From Tubulanus polymorphus (lineage: Eukaryota; Animalia; Nemertea): 64,000 bases of DNA. Numbering within the stretch: position 1 is the stretch's first letter; each line of letters starts with the position of its first letter. A model generated the notes under the pieces. It had not been told where the DNA came from, did no database searches, and was given only the letters and a program-made list of their open reading frames with translations. The stretch covers positions 1,612,072-1,676,071 of the forward strand of contig NC_134034.1 of the NCBI RefSeq assembly GCF_964204645.1. The letters run 5' to 3'. Positions 12,328-23,632 of the stretch are shown in pieces. Both the position numbers and the translations under genes were made by a program.

Positions 12328-15300
12328 ATGAAGATATCCGTAGCCGTACTAGCTGTATTTCTCGTTTCAGTCGTTTCACGTAAGTAACCCGTGCAATTAT
12401 ATATGCATTTTACTTTTTTTAACGCAAAAATGATTTCAAATTGTCATCGAATTGCATCAGAATAATGCGCTGTTGACGAAAATCCGCAATTATGAGGAGA
12501 AAAACCTAAGAGACTAGTGGCGGTTCGGCCCATGTATATGAAAATGGCTCGAAGAATTGAGTCTAAACGTCACTACTCTCTTAGTTTTGAAAATGGCTCA
12601 TAGAATCGAGTCTAAACGTCACTACTCTCTTAGTTTTGAAAATGTCTCATAGAATTGAGTCTAAACGTCACTACTCTCTTAGTTTTGAAAATGGCTCATA
12701 GAATTGAGTCTTAACGTCAGTACTCTCTTAGTTTTGAAAATGTCTCATAGAATTGAGTCTAAACGTCACTACTCTCTTAGTTTTGAAAATGTCTCATAGA
12801 ATTGAGTCTAAACGTCACTACTCTCTTAGTTTTGAAAATGTCTCATAGAATTGAGTCTAAACGTCACTACTCTCTTAGTTTTGAAAATGTCTCATAGAAT
12901 CGAGTCTAAACGTCACTACTCTCTTAGTTTTGAAAATGGCTCATAGAATTGAGTCTAAACGTCACTACTCTCTTAGTTTTGAAAATGTCTCATAGAATCG
13001 AGTCTAAACGTCACTACTCTCTTAGTTTTGAAAATGTCTCATAGAATTGAGTCTAAACGTCACTACTCTCTTAGTTTTGAAAATGTCTCATAGAATTGAG
13101 TCTAAACGTCACTACTCTCTTAGTTTTGAAAATGGCTCATAGAATTGAGTCTTAACGTCAGTACTCTCTTAGTTTTGAAAATGTCTCATAGAATTGAGTC
13201 TAAACGTCACTACTCTCTTAGTTTTGAAAATGTCTCATAGAATTGAGTCTAAACGTCACTACTCTCTTAGTTTTGAAAATGGCTCATAGAATTGAGTCTT
13301 AACGTCAGTACTCTCTTAGTTTTGAAAATGTCTCATAGAATTGAGTCTAAACGTCACTACTCTCTTAGTTTTTGAAAATGGCTCATAGAATTGAGTCTAA
13401 ACGTCACTACTCTCTTAGTTTTGAAAATGTCTCATAGAATTGAGTCTAAACGTCACTACCCTCTTAGTTTCTGAAAATGTCTCATAGAATTGAGTCTAAA
13501 CGTCACTACTCTCTTAGTTTTGAAAATGGCTCATAGAATCGAGTCTAAACGTCACTACTCTCTTAGTTTCTGAAAATGTCTCATAGAATTGAGTCTAAAC
13601 GTCACTACTCTCTTAGTTTTGAAAATGTCTCATAGAATTGAGTCTAAACGTCAGCACTCTCTTAGTTTCTGAAAATGTCTCATAGAATTGAGTCTAAACG
13701 TCACTACTCTCTTAGTTTCTGAAAATGTCTCATAGAATTGAGTCTAAACGTCACTATTCTCTTAGTTTTGAAAATGTCTCATAGAATTGAGTCTAAACGT
13801 CACTACTCTCTTAGTTTTGAAAATGTCTCATAGAATTGAGTCTAAACGTCACTACTCTCTTAGTTTTGAAAATGTCTCATAGAATTGAGTCTAAACGTCA
13901 CTACTCTCTTAGTTTTTGAAAATGTCTCATAGAATTGAGTCTTAACGTCACTACTCTCTTAGTTTTTGAAAATGTCTCATAGAATTGAGTCTTAACGTCA
14001 CTACTCTCTTAGAAAGCCCATTTTCTTCATAATTGTGGTTTTTCTACATTTTTCGATTTTTTTTCGTTTTTTTTCGAACGAATTGCTTTTTGGCTTTTAC
14101 TATTTCTTTTTTTCTGAAATTATCTGAAAAAGCCTTCGCTTCGTCGGACAAGGGGATTTATCGAAATAAGAATATATTTTTTTCTTCATTTCTTGTCCGA
14201 AGTCATAGAGACTAACCAGATAAATTATTGTATTAGCAAACCAATATTGCGCCTGATGACACGCGGCCACGAAACTGAAATGGATTTTTTGGTGAACCAA
14301 GCTGATTTTGATTTTTTTCGTATTATCAAGCAAACATCTTTGAACAATGGATTTGAGATTTGAATGGACTTGAGATTTGAGATTTGAGACCGATTGTATC
14401 ACAGCCTATAGGTGCGAAAAGGTGGTATTTTCTAGCGAAAAATTTCCGTTTTTGAATAGAAAATGGCGCAAAATGTTATTTTTCATTGGCTTTGAAAACT
14501 TATGCGGGCATCCAGGCACGAGCGCGCGCTCCAGCTGTCTCGAGCATGCGATGACTAATGATTATACCCGATATACCGCAGTTTATAAATTCTGATATTC
14601 AAATTTATTCGAATCTCGTGAAGAGAATTTTACGGAAATTATTTGAAATGATATTTCGAGCTGTATGAATCTGAATATGCATATTACAAAAAAAGTTAGT
14701 TATATTTCATAACAGTTTGCGAGCACTTGCAGGGGCTTCATTCGCAAAGCTAGCGACTAATTTAAAAATTCCATTTTAGATCATTTTTCGACTTTTGAAA
14801 CTTTCTCGTGGCAGCGGGTATTCTTAGGGAATAGAGCCTCTCCAAGCCTGACTGGTCACTACAGACCCGACTGGTCACCTAAGCTGAGCAGACAAACCAA
14901 AAAAACTTTCGAGACTAATTCCGAGTTTGCAACGCGAAATTAGCTACTTACTCGAGCAAGTTTTAAGAATGAATATGTCCCCGGGTCGCTTCCGTGAGAA
15001 GAAATTAATTGTTGTTGTTGTCGTTATAATGAATTCAGGCGCTCAGGCGATGAAATGTTATCAGTGTATGGGTGTAGAGGTCGGCTGTACCGATAGAAAT
15101 CTTGTCAAGATTCACAAACCGACCGAATGCAGTTCAGGACAAAATGCTTGCAGGGTATGAATTTTTATTATCCCTCTTTCTTCTTCCTGTCCCTCTCCCT
15201 CTGTCCCCTGTCCCTGTCCATGTCCCTGTCCCTGTCCCTCTCCCTCTCCCTGTCCCTCTCCCTCTCCCTCTCCCTCTCCCTCTTCCTCTCCCTCTCCTTC

Positions 15301-15800
15301 CTCTCCCTCTCCTTCCTCTCCCTCTCCCTCTCCCTCTCCTTCCGTCTCTCCTTCCTGGGGCTATTTGCACATTAATGGTTATGATTAAGTCCAAGCCCAT
15401 CTAGTTGTATAGCCAATCTAGCATCCTTAAGTTCATGAGTTCTTTATCCAACCCAACAACTTAGGACCAGTTTTAACTCATTTGCTTCTAAAGCCAATCT
15501 AATTACATTTAAAAAAATAGCCCTTAGTGTTAAGGCCACATTTGGCCACAGCACTCATTACCGTGATGACCATCATTTCGGGTTTATTTTCAGGCTTACA
15601 CCAAACCGGACAAGAAGACGACCGTAAGAGAATGCTACTCGGGCGACCTGGCTAGTTGTAACACAGACACGAAAGCGATGGCGAATATCACGCACGGATA
15701 CTGCTGTGACAGCTACGACGGATGTAACACGGCCACTTCCGTTTCGGTATCGATCTCTTTCACTTTACTGATCGCTTTCCTCGTCTCAAAATTCATGTAA
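12328..15800 (+). CDS. Ly6/uPAR (three-finger, quiver/sleepless-like) GPI-anchored protein, 124 aa, 3 exons
   Basis: Exons 12328-12379, 15039-15154, 15594-15800 splice in frame to MKISVAVLAVFLVSVVSRAQA-MKCYQCMGVEVGCTDRNLVKIHKPTECSSGQNACRAYTKPDKKTTVRECYSGDLASCNTDTKAMANITHGYCCDSYDGCN-TATSVSVSISFTLLIAFLVSKFM*. 10 Cys, CC..DGCN end, hydrophobic GPI-signal tail. Confidence 0.9.
12540..14012. repeat. 49-bp satellite, ~30 copies, in Ly6 intron 1
   Basis: gaaaatgtctcatagaattgagtctaaacgtcactactctcttagtttt repeated head-to-tail. Confidence 0.96.
15170..15357. repeat. Polypyrimidine microsatellite (ctccct/gtccct)n in Ly6 intron 2
   Basis: Directly visible; explains the low-complexity LP/SL/GR ORFs in the track. 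Confidence 0.92.
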
Positions 15801-18029
15801 AAAAATAACCAAATTTAGAAACGAATTCTAAAAAAAAGAATCCCACTTTCACGGACAGAATAACGACTCAATCTGCCGTTATTCTTAATTTTCAATCTCA
15901 AAGTTTAGAACATTTTTCAAAAGAAAATTCACCAAAGGGAACTTGTGAAATAAAACCAAATTAAGGAAAAAAATATGGGCATGTTAAATGTAAGCACATC
16001 ACCTACAGTATCTGTTAATTATTTTTAATACTAATTTTCAATCGAATTCTGTTTTAGCTTGTGTCGATATCTTGTTATTTTAAGTTCAAGAATTAAAAAA
16101 AAGAACGCTGGTTTTAAGGGGTTTTTCTATAATGAACGGGATAAATGCATAAAAAATCAACTAAAACGCTGACATCAAATCAAAATACATATAATAATTA
16201 TATTACACTTATATTCAAATTTATAGCTGACATTTTTTCATGATATTTTATTCATTATGTTTTTCCGTCACTCTGCTAGGAATATACCTGTCCAGAAAGA
16301 CGGCTACTCAAAACGGTAATTCCCCCTATGACGTTGCACGAGCTATCCTGTTTTCTTACTGATTTACGACGTCGTAGACAGACATCTTGTCTAGAAGTGT
16401 CGATAGATCAAATCACTAGTAGACAGTTTGATGGTGTCATAGGGGGATTCGTTGAGGTATAAGCCATCTTTCGTGGACGGGTCTATGACTATTGGTACGA
16501 TATTAGTTATCTAGCTTTTTCTATCTATGTCAACGATTTATCAATTATTCTTTGATTAAATGCAAGGAGGGCAAGGAATCTGATTTGCAAACTTAATATG
16601 TAGGTTTTCGGATAGGCCAAACGTGAGCTTGTATCGACTGCTTAGACGAAACAAACAAAACCCAAAAAACTTCGACATCAAATTTCTCAATGCCTGAAGA
16701 AATGACTTAACAGTGTAACATCAATCCGCTAATCGTCACTGCTACAATGAGTGATTTGCCTTTGAAATGTCGAATTTGTTTTCGAACATGAATTCGTGAA
16801 CTATTTTCCAGGTTAATTAGCATATATCGCGTATTGTATGATTAATATTGTCTATACTTTATATTGTCTAACGGTAAACTGCGCCATATTGCATTGATGT
16901 CCCAGGCCCGGGTAATGCGCGTCACAGCAGGCCCCTGAATAAATATTCCGAAAACGTCGAATTTAGATTAGAATTCAAAACACGGGAACGATAATAATAC
17001 GGGACTTGTGTGCATAAAATATGAGCTCAGAAAAAAAGAATCTGCCGACATTCAAATAATGGTGATAATTAGCGCGAACAACAGGTTGCAGGCATCGCGC
17101 GTTTCAATGATTCGCGAACTTGAATATATGAAATTTTGACTGACTTTTTTTATGAAATGAAATTCAGTTTGTGCGCTTTTGAATTCACCTATCTAAATAG
17201 AAGCGTATTTTCATATTATCGCGGTCTGACGAATCGATTCTCAGGGCGGCGGATTTATTGTGACTGGACGCGCGTATAGTTGTGGATCTAATTTGACTCC
17301 AAATTTTCGAAATCGACTCCTCCAGAGTCGTTGTGGGTTTGACTCGATCGACTACGGAGTCATGTCCTGTGCATCTATTCGAATACACGGGGTAGCGTGC
17401 CGTCAATATTGAGAAACGCACATTTTCCAGATAAGTCGATAATCGAAATAATTTTCACGACTTCATCCAGTCGATTGTTTCGCCATCTGGTGTGTGCTTC
17501 AGGTACCTCTCGTTGGTTTTTAATAATATTTGAGTAAAATTCTGAAGAACTGCAGTTTGTTCGAGCAATATCGTTTGGATATGATGACACCTAAAATGCA
17601 TCGATTTCTTGTGCCTGAGTTTTTTGTTTTCTGTATCTCTATATTGTATCGGGTCCTTTTCGGTTTTAAAGGGAAATCAATAAAATTCGATTATGTTTTC
17701 TTTTGCGAATTCGATGTGATTGTTTTGTTGATCGTTAGGCGGCGCTATGGAGGATTCGAAGCAACCGCTTCTCAAAGTATGGTCTTCTCAGACCTCCTTA
17801 AACTATCATTTCTAGTCAAGAGGACAAAGAGTTATTTCTTAAAAGGTGGCGACGTCCGGCAAAAATATGTCAATGTTCGAGCAGCCGTTCTTCAAGACTC
17901 TTCGTCCCGTAAAACAAAAATCTACATATCGCGCGTGACGGACCTCCATAAGGCAGGACACTCCATTAGACCGAGACCTGGGTCAAAAATGCCAACCCGA
18001 CATCAGAAATGAGACGACCAAAAAATATT

Positions 18030-18101
18030 CTCCCCGGCCGGGAATCGAACCCGGGTCTCGCACGTGACAGGCGCGGATACTCACCACTATACTACCGAGG
18101 A
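18030..18101 (-). tRNA. tRNA-Asp (GUC)
   Basis: Exact reverse complement of the 5252 copy; T-run terminator on the minus strand. Confidence 0.95.
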
Positions 18102-18348
18102 CTGTGAGACTCTTTTGAATTGAATAAAATATGGTGTAAATTACGGGCATTTAAACCAACGACATTTCCATCTGAGTCATTGCTTGAAGAAGAGTCGTTG
18201 GCAACTAATTGAAAAAAAGACGTAAAGAATAATCGAGCCTTATTCAATGAATAGTATAAAAATCGATAAAGTATTGGAAATAAACGAAACAAGCTGTTTA
18301 TTTTGAAAAGCGAGCCCTTAGCAATACGATATATTGCTAAGTGCTTCA

Positions 18349-18369
18349 TCCTCGGTTTCCGGCGGGGAG
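18349..18369 (+). pseudogene. Internally deleted tRNA-Asp relic
   Basis: tcctcggt + ttccggcggggag followed by attattttttg, i.e. the 5' and 3' ends and terminator of the tRNA-Asp genes with ~50 nt missing. Confidence 0.6.
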
Positions 18370-18988
18370 ATTATTTTTTGTCATCAAGGGGTATAAAATT
18401 CGGTAAAATTATGCAGTCAAATGCTTCATTAAGGTTAAACAGGCTTGTATTAAATCTGTAAAATAGATATTCAAAATATTTCGTGCTGCCAATTACCTCT
18501 TGACTTCAAAGAGGAGCGATATACTGTATATAAGTATTGAATTGTTCATGTATTTCAGTACCGTGAGTGCTAAAGGTTTATTATTCGACTTTGCTGACAC
18601 AATTCCAGTCTGTCTCGTGACATTGCTGTATACGTGCATACTATCTATCATAAAGCCATTTTGTTATTTTTATCTGTTTCTAAAACTGGTTCGATTCATG
18701 AGACTTCTCCGACCTGCGAAACGCGAACGGCTCTTTATCGATCGGGTTGTTTACAAGCTGCCGGTATCCACCAGTACAGTGAGTATAGCACTGTACGAGC
18801 AGAGATACAGTACAAGTGTATATCGACGGTAAAAATACCCACACTAAGAATGAAATGAACATACGGGTATTAAAGAGTCGAAACTTTGAACGAATATCAG
18901 CACTATGAATCTCTTTGGTGCAGGATTTTGTATCATCGATAAAGCGAGTCGTCCAGTGCACTGAGCTGCCAGGCGTGCCAAGTGAAAC

Positions 18989-20967
18989 ATGTCGTTCGTT
19001 GCGTTAGTTCTGATGGCCGTTTGGGTCTGTTCGATTTGGCTGCGAAGTCATCTCAGACGCGTCGGCGAAAAGAATCAACGCCGCCTGGCGGATGAAATTA
19101 ACAGAATCGTTGCAACGGGTAAGTCGCAGATGATCATCCTCTTAAAAGGGCGGCCATCTTGGTTCACGCGCGTGGATGAATGAACGTTGCGCCCAAATCT
19201 CGCAAGAGCAGTCATAATCACGCGTGATCTCAACAGAGCTGCCGCAATATATATTGCGTAATCACTCTGTTCTGCGGAACTAGATGTCAGATTTAGATCA
19301 ACTGTGTCTTGCCTAAAGTCGTTGGGATCTTGGTTTCCCAAGAATTGTCGCTTTAGATAGTTCATTTCAATCTCGCGACGGGACCAAAGCCTTTGAAGGG
19401 TTGCCCGTAAAATGTAAGCAGTCAGCAGGACTCGAACCCACATGTAGTCAATACAACAGCATCCCGCCTTATCCCACTGAGCTACCAAACTGAGTCACGT
19501 GTCATCATCTTCTATTTTCATGTAGGGAGATTCGCCAGAAAACTCGCCTGCCACGAAATCAGGAATTTGAACGAAAACGAAGTCGCCACCGGTCAATGTT
19601 GGAACGTATTTTCGTTGACGAGCGCCGTGAACGTACCGGCTACTCTGGTAGAAACGACCGTACGACATTTGTACCGACGCCATCCGATGTTACGCGCGAA
19701 AATCGCGAAAATACTCACCGGCGAAAATAAAACGACGATGAAATTCGTCGAGGAAATGGACGCGGAAACGATCGATTTTCGCCGATCGTCGGCGCGCGAT
19801 TATCGATTTTTGGTCGACGAAGATTTGCCGATGGTCGTCGACGAAAGTGGACCTCTGTGGAGACTTACGATGTTAGAACCGGTGGAACTATCCACCGATT
19901 CTGGTTGTAAAAAATACACGTTCGTTTTGATGGGTTTACATTTGATATTCGACGGAGTGTCGACGGTCACTTTCGTGAAAGATTTCGTTCGAATTCTCGA
20001 AAACCTTCTCATCCAGAATATACCGCCAGATGGGGCTGTAGTCAGTTTACCGATGAAGCCTAATCGAGATTATTTTATGGGTTCCAGTATCGTCCCTACC
20101 CAGTGGGATCGGGCTAGGTTTCGCTTAGGGAAATTCCGCGCTAGGTTTCTACGGCCGTCTAAGACGATCGACCTGATGTCTGCTCGATTGAATCTGGCGC
20201 CGCAAGACGGACTGGAACGAACGGCCCGAAAAACTATAGAAAATGTAGAGATCGATTTCAGCGAGACAGAAACGCGACAGATTGTAGAAAAAGCTTATGC
20301 GAATGGAGTCAGAGCCACCGCTCCCATCATGACGCTGATTGCCGCATCCTTTGTTAAGATGCAGCAGGACGATCAACACCACGGCGGCGCGGCTCAACGA
20401 CCTTGGGACGAAGTCGTCATACGTACATCCGCCGACCTTCGATCTCCGAGAATGTGTGCCGGTGTAACCGCAAACGATCTAGGCGATTATTCGACTAGGG
20501 GTTGTTTCTATATACCGATACGGATTCCGCCGCACGATGATGACGTCATCGACGGTTCCGGAATCTGGAAAGCGGCGCAGACGACGCAACGGAAACTCGT
20601 CGATCACGTGACCGATAACGGTCGTCTTTTTCAAATTTTCAAATCGGTGAAATTGAATTCGCGTGAACCGATCGGTAAGAACCAGTTATATTCTGCCCAT
20701 ATGGTAATGATAAACTGGGGCAGGTTTAGCGTTCTGAACGACCTCGGGAGTAGGCCTACTGGTCGTCGGGTGTTTTCCGATTTGAAACTCCACCATTTCT
20801 ACAACGGCCTTGACACGAGACCGTCTCCGTTCAATATCGTTTCTTCGACGATCGACGATCGATTATTGATTAGTTTGAGCTACCAGACGAACAGGGTCGG
20901 TCGTACTTTTGCTCTCAAATTTGCGCGCACGATTCGGCGGTCCTTTTTGGAATGCTGCTGTCAATAG
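18989..20967 (+). CDS. CoA-dependent acyltransferase (condensation-domain / alcohol acetyltransferase / PapA5-like fold) with N-terminal membrane anchor, 523 aa, 2 exons
   Basis: Exon 18989-19118 (hydrophobic MSFVALVLMAVWVCSIWL) splices phase-1 to 19526-20967. Motifs RKLACHE, RHPMLRAKI, GPLWRLTML, catalytic HxxxDG (HLIFDG), ADLR, INWG. Confidence 0.8.
19322..19492 (-). mobile_element. tRNA-derived SINE (second copy at ~55488-55665)
   Basis: Minus-strand A-box TAGCTCAGTGG and B-box GGTTCGAGTCC, followed by a shared non-tRNA body (tgcttaca...gggcaac.cttcaaaggc...tcttgggaaaccaagatc) present in both copies. Confidence 0.7.
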
Positions 20968-21794
20968 AACCAGACTTTTCTAAAAAAAAAAAGAAAAAAT
21001 CATCTGGCATTAGAGTAGAGTGGTCGAAACGTTGAATAAACTACTGTAATTAGCTCGAGGAAACATTGTCGGACTTAATCATTATTTTTCTTCTCGTTAT
21101 TAAACGTCAGATTCTCTATAATCGTCACAACTCGGCCGATGTAATGTTTTATCAACGGATTAGAATCGAATGGATTTCATTTACGTTTCAAACATTTCCG
21201 AGCACTATCATTACAATACTTCCATCGCAGGGAAACATCGATTCCTATTATGATGAATAAAAACGAAGCCAGCTTTAGAATTGGATTAATCATTGATATT
21301 CACCGAGGTTCCTAAAATATTCATTTTTGTATCCAGCAGCGCCATCTGTGAGAGCTTTACAAAACTTCAGAACTTCAACAATTATTCTTGCGTCATATCT
21401 GCCGTATATACTACGTCTCAAATTTTGTAAATTCTCAAGAATAACGAATAACATATCATTTTATACCGTAGCAATGACAGAGAGAAGAAAATACTGCTCT
21501 TGAAAAATATAATCAGGCAAGTTAATCGAAAATGGATTAAACACCAATTGGAAATTGACAAGTTAGGTCGTATATATACAGGCCGCCTCATTTCTGCGGT
21601 ATTTATTATCACCATGCTTAAAAAAGCAGCGGGTACGGCCTCACGTATACCGCTGCGGATCTGATTTTTTAGAGCCCCTCGCCTCAGAGAAACGGGCAAT
21701 ATAATTACTTATTAAACACGTCCTAAAACGAAGAAATAGCACACTTCGAATTTGAAATTATGCGATCAAATTTACGTGTTTTACGCGTCACCAT

Positions 21795-21855
21795 TATCCC
21801 AGATGATGGCTGTTGGTCAACAGCCGAAACGTTGTGGTTTCATAATAATAAATCT
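21795..21855 (+). ncRNA. Degenerate minimal (Penelope-type) hammerhead ribozyme
   Basis: cagatga-t-ggctgtt(ggtc)aacagcc-gaaacgtt: near-core CUGAUGA (U4>A), 7-bp stem II, GAAA, palindromic ACGT stem III, AATAAA downstream. Confidence 0.5.
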
Positions 21856-22351
21856 TGATCGTATAATTTTAATTTCGAAGTGTGGGATTTCTTCATATAT
21901 CTACAGTATACACGGATTATAGTGTTTATTCGACAGCATACACGTCCTTGTTTACCCGTAATACTTCAGTGATGTTGAGCGCTCTGTAATACGCTTGTTA
22001 CGATGCAGGCCCTTGGCGAGATATATCGCTCGTTTAGTACAGACTATATACCATAGACGAGATATAGAATTTTTAATCTTTTTTCAAATCTTAGAATAGG
22101 GATTTTGCCCATTATTTATTTATTTGGCTGGTGAATTTCGTTTGATTTTTTTATCTTAACCGAGATATCTAAAATAAACGATTATTAAATAGTTTTACAG
22201 ATTTTGTGTCGAGTTATTTTCTCAACATTAATTCATTTACGATAAATGAAAAGTTTAGCCGAATTTATGTCCCAGTTATTATCTCGACACAAATTCATTT
22301 ACTTAATCTATTTGAAACTTTATGTATATTTAGCGGTTATGGTAGCGCTTG

Positions 22352-22973
22352 TAGTGGTACCTCGTTACAACGAATTCGGATACCATTTATAGTTATAGTT
22401 TGTTCATCATTATCAAATTATTATCATTTCATATAGCGACCTAATAAAGAACAGTTTAAGAGAGGTACTTTAAGTACTTAAAGGACATTAAGTATCTAAA
22501 CTAATGAGGCCGTCAGTACATAGGCCTATGGTCTTCTTTGATGGTAAATGAGGATTGGCATGATTGTCAATGAACATAAAATCACCAGAAGAACACAATA
22601 AAGATACACAATAAAAGATACACAATAAAAGAGATACAAAAATATTTACAGGTAAAAAGTGAAGGAATCAAGTAGGCTTACCGCACTATACAAATGATAT
22701 CAAACATCAAATACCATATGATATTCAAACCCCGATTTAACATTCTTCGTCCCAAAATTCATCATCAAACTCCAATTTACTACAAATATAATTAAAGATT
22801 CTTATTTATTTGTATCATTTGCATCAACGATTCATCGGATATAACAAATGAGATATTGTGTCCCGAGTAAGAAAGTTCAATTATTTTCATGCTGAATATA
22901 ATAACGAACTATCGGTTATAACGAACAGATTTTCTGGGTCCCGTGAATTTCGCTGTATGACGAGGTTCCACTG
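22352..22973. mobile_element. pogo/Tigger-like non-autonomous DNA element (old)
   Basis: Left end tagtggtacctcgttacaacgaa vs right end ...gacgaggttccactg|ta; internal ataacgaac subterminal repeats; related to 52196-52339. Confidence 0.55.
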
Positions 22974-23632
22974 TATCGGTTTTGGTACTGTGGTCTTTTT
23001 AGAACTTGACCCCTTCTAGCATAATGTCTAATCTATACTGCAGCCGATAAACAGATATGGGGTTAGCCGTTGTAAAATATTTCTGCACATATATTTAAGC
23101 CTAGGGTCCCCCCCCCCCGCACAGACTACAACTCGCTTCGTAATGTTTTAATCAAATCAAAAAATGTACACAGAAAAATGTTACAACGGTACCATTTTAA
23201 TATTCATAGCAAGAGAAAAAGATTTGTTTCTTCCTTCCATTAGCGGGTAACGTATTTCATGTATCTGTATATTTTTCTGTAGGTTACCTACATTACACAC
23301 AGTGATAGCTGCTGTTTCGCGTGCGCGCGATGGTTTTAATGAATTAAGTGACACATTCTAGCAATGCAGGAGACACATTGCAGATTCTAGTAGACACACA
23401 GACAGATAGTGAGAGACAGCGGACAGTCATTAGGCCAGGACAGCAACCAAACAATCAGGCAGTAGGCAGTGATTGGGTGACGGAGTCAGGTAGGGCAGTC
23501 AGACATACAGTGACTGGGACAGTACAGACAGAGTGACAGAAGCCACGCTAACAGACGGCAGACGACAGCATCAAGGACGACAGCCATAGTGACAGCAGCC
23601 ACGCAGACAGCCGCTTAAAAACAGCATCAAAG

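Noticed and set aside
229-14012. Regular 92-, 73- and 49-bp arrays as CRISPR-like arrays
   Set aside because: Units are head-to-tail with no unique spacers, there are no cas genes, and the context is eukaryotic.
14250-14282. ctgatga...gaaa as a hammerhead ribozyme
   Set aside because: The intervening cacgcggccac cannot form stem II, and no stem I/III is evident.
15102-15404. LP-, SL- and GR-rich ORFs on both strands
   Set aside because: Translations of an intronic (ctccct)n microsatellite.
19567-20967. Bacterial contamination explaining the acyltransferase
   Set aside because: It has an in-frame upstream exon with a canonical GT-AG intron containing a host SINE and is flanked by host tRNA and repeats.
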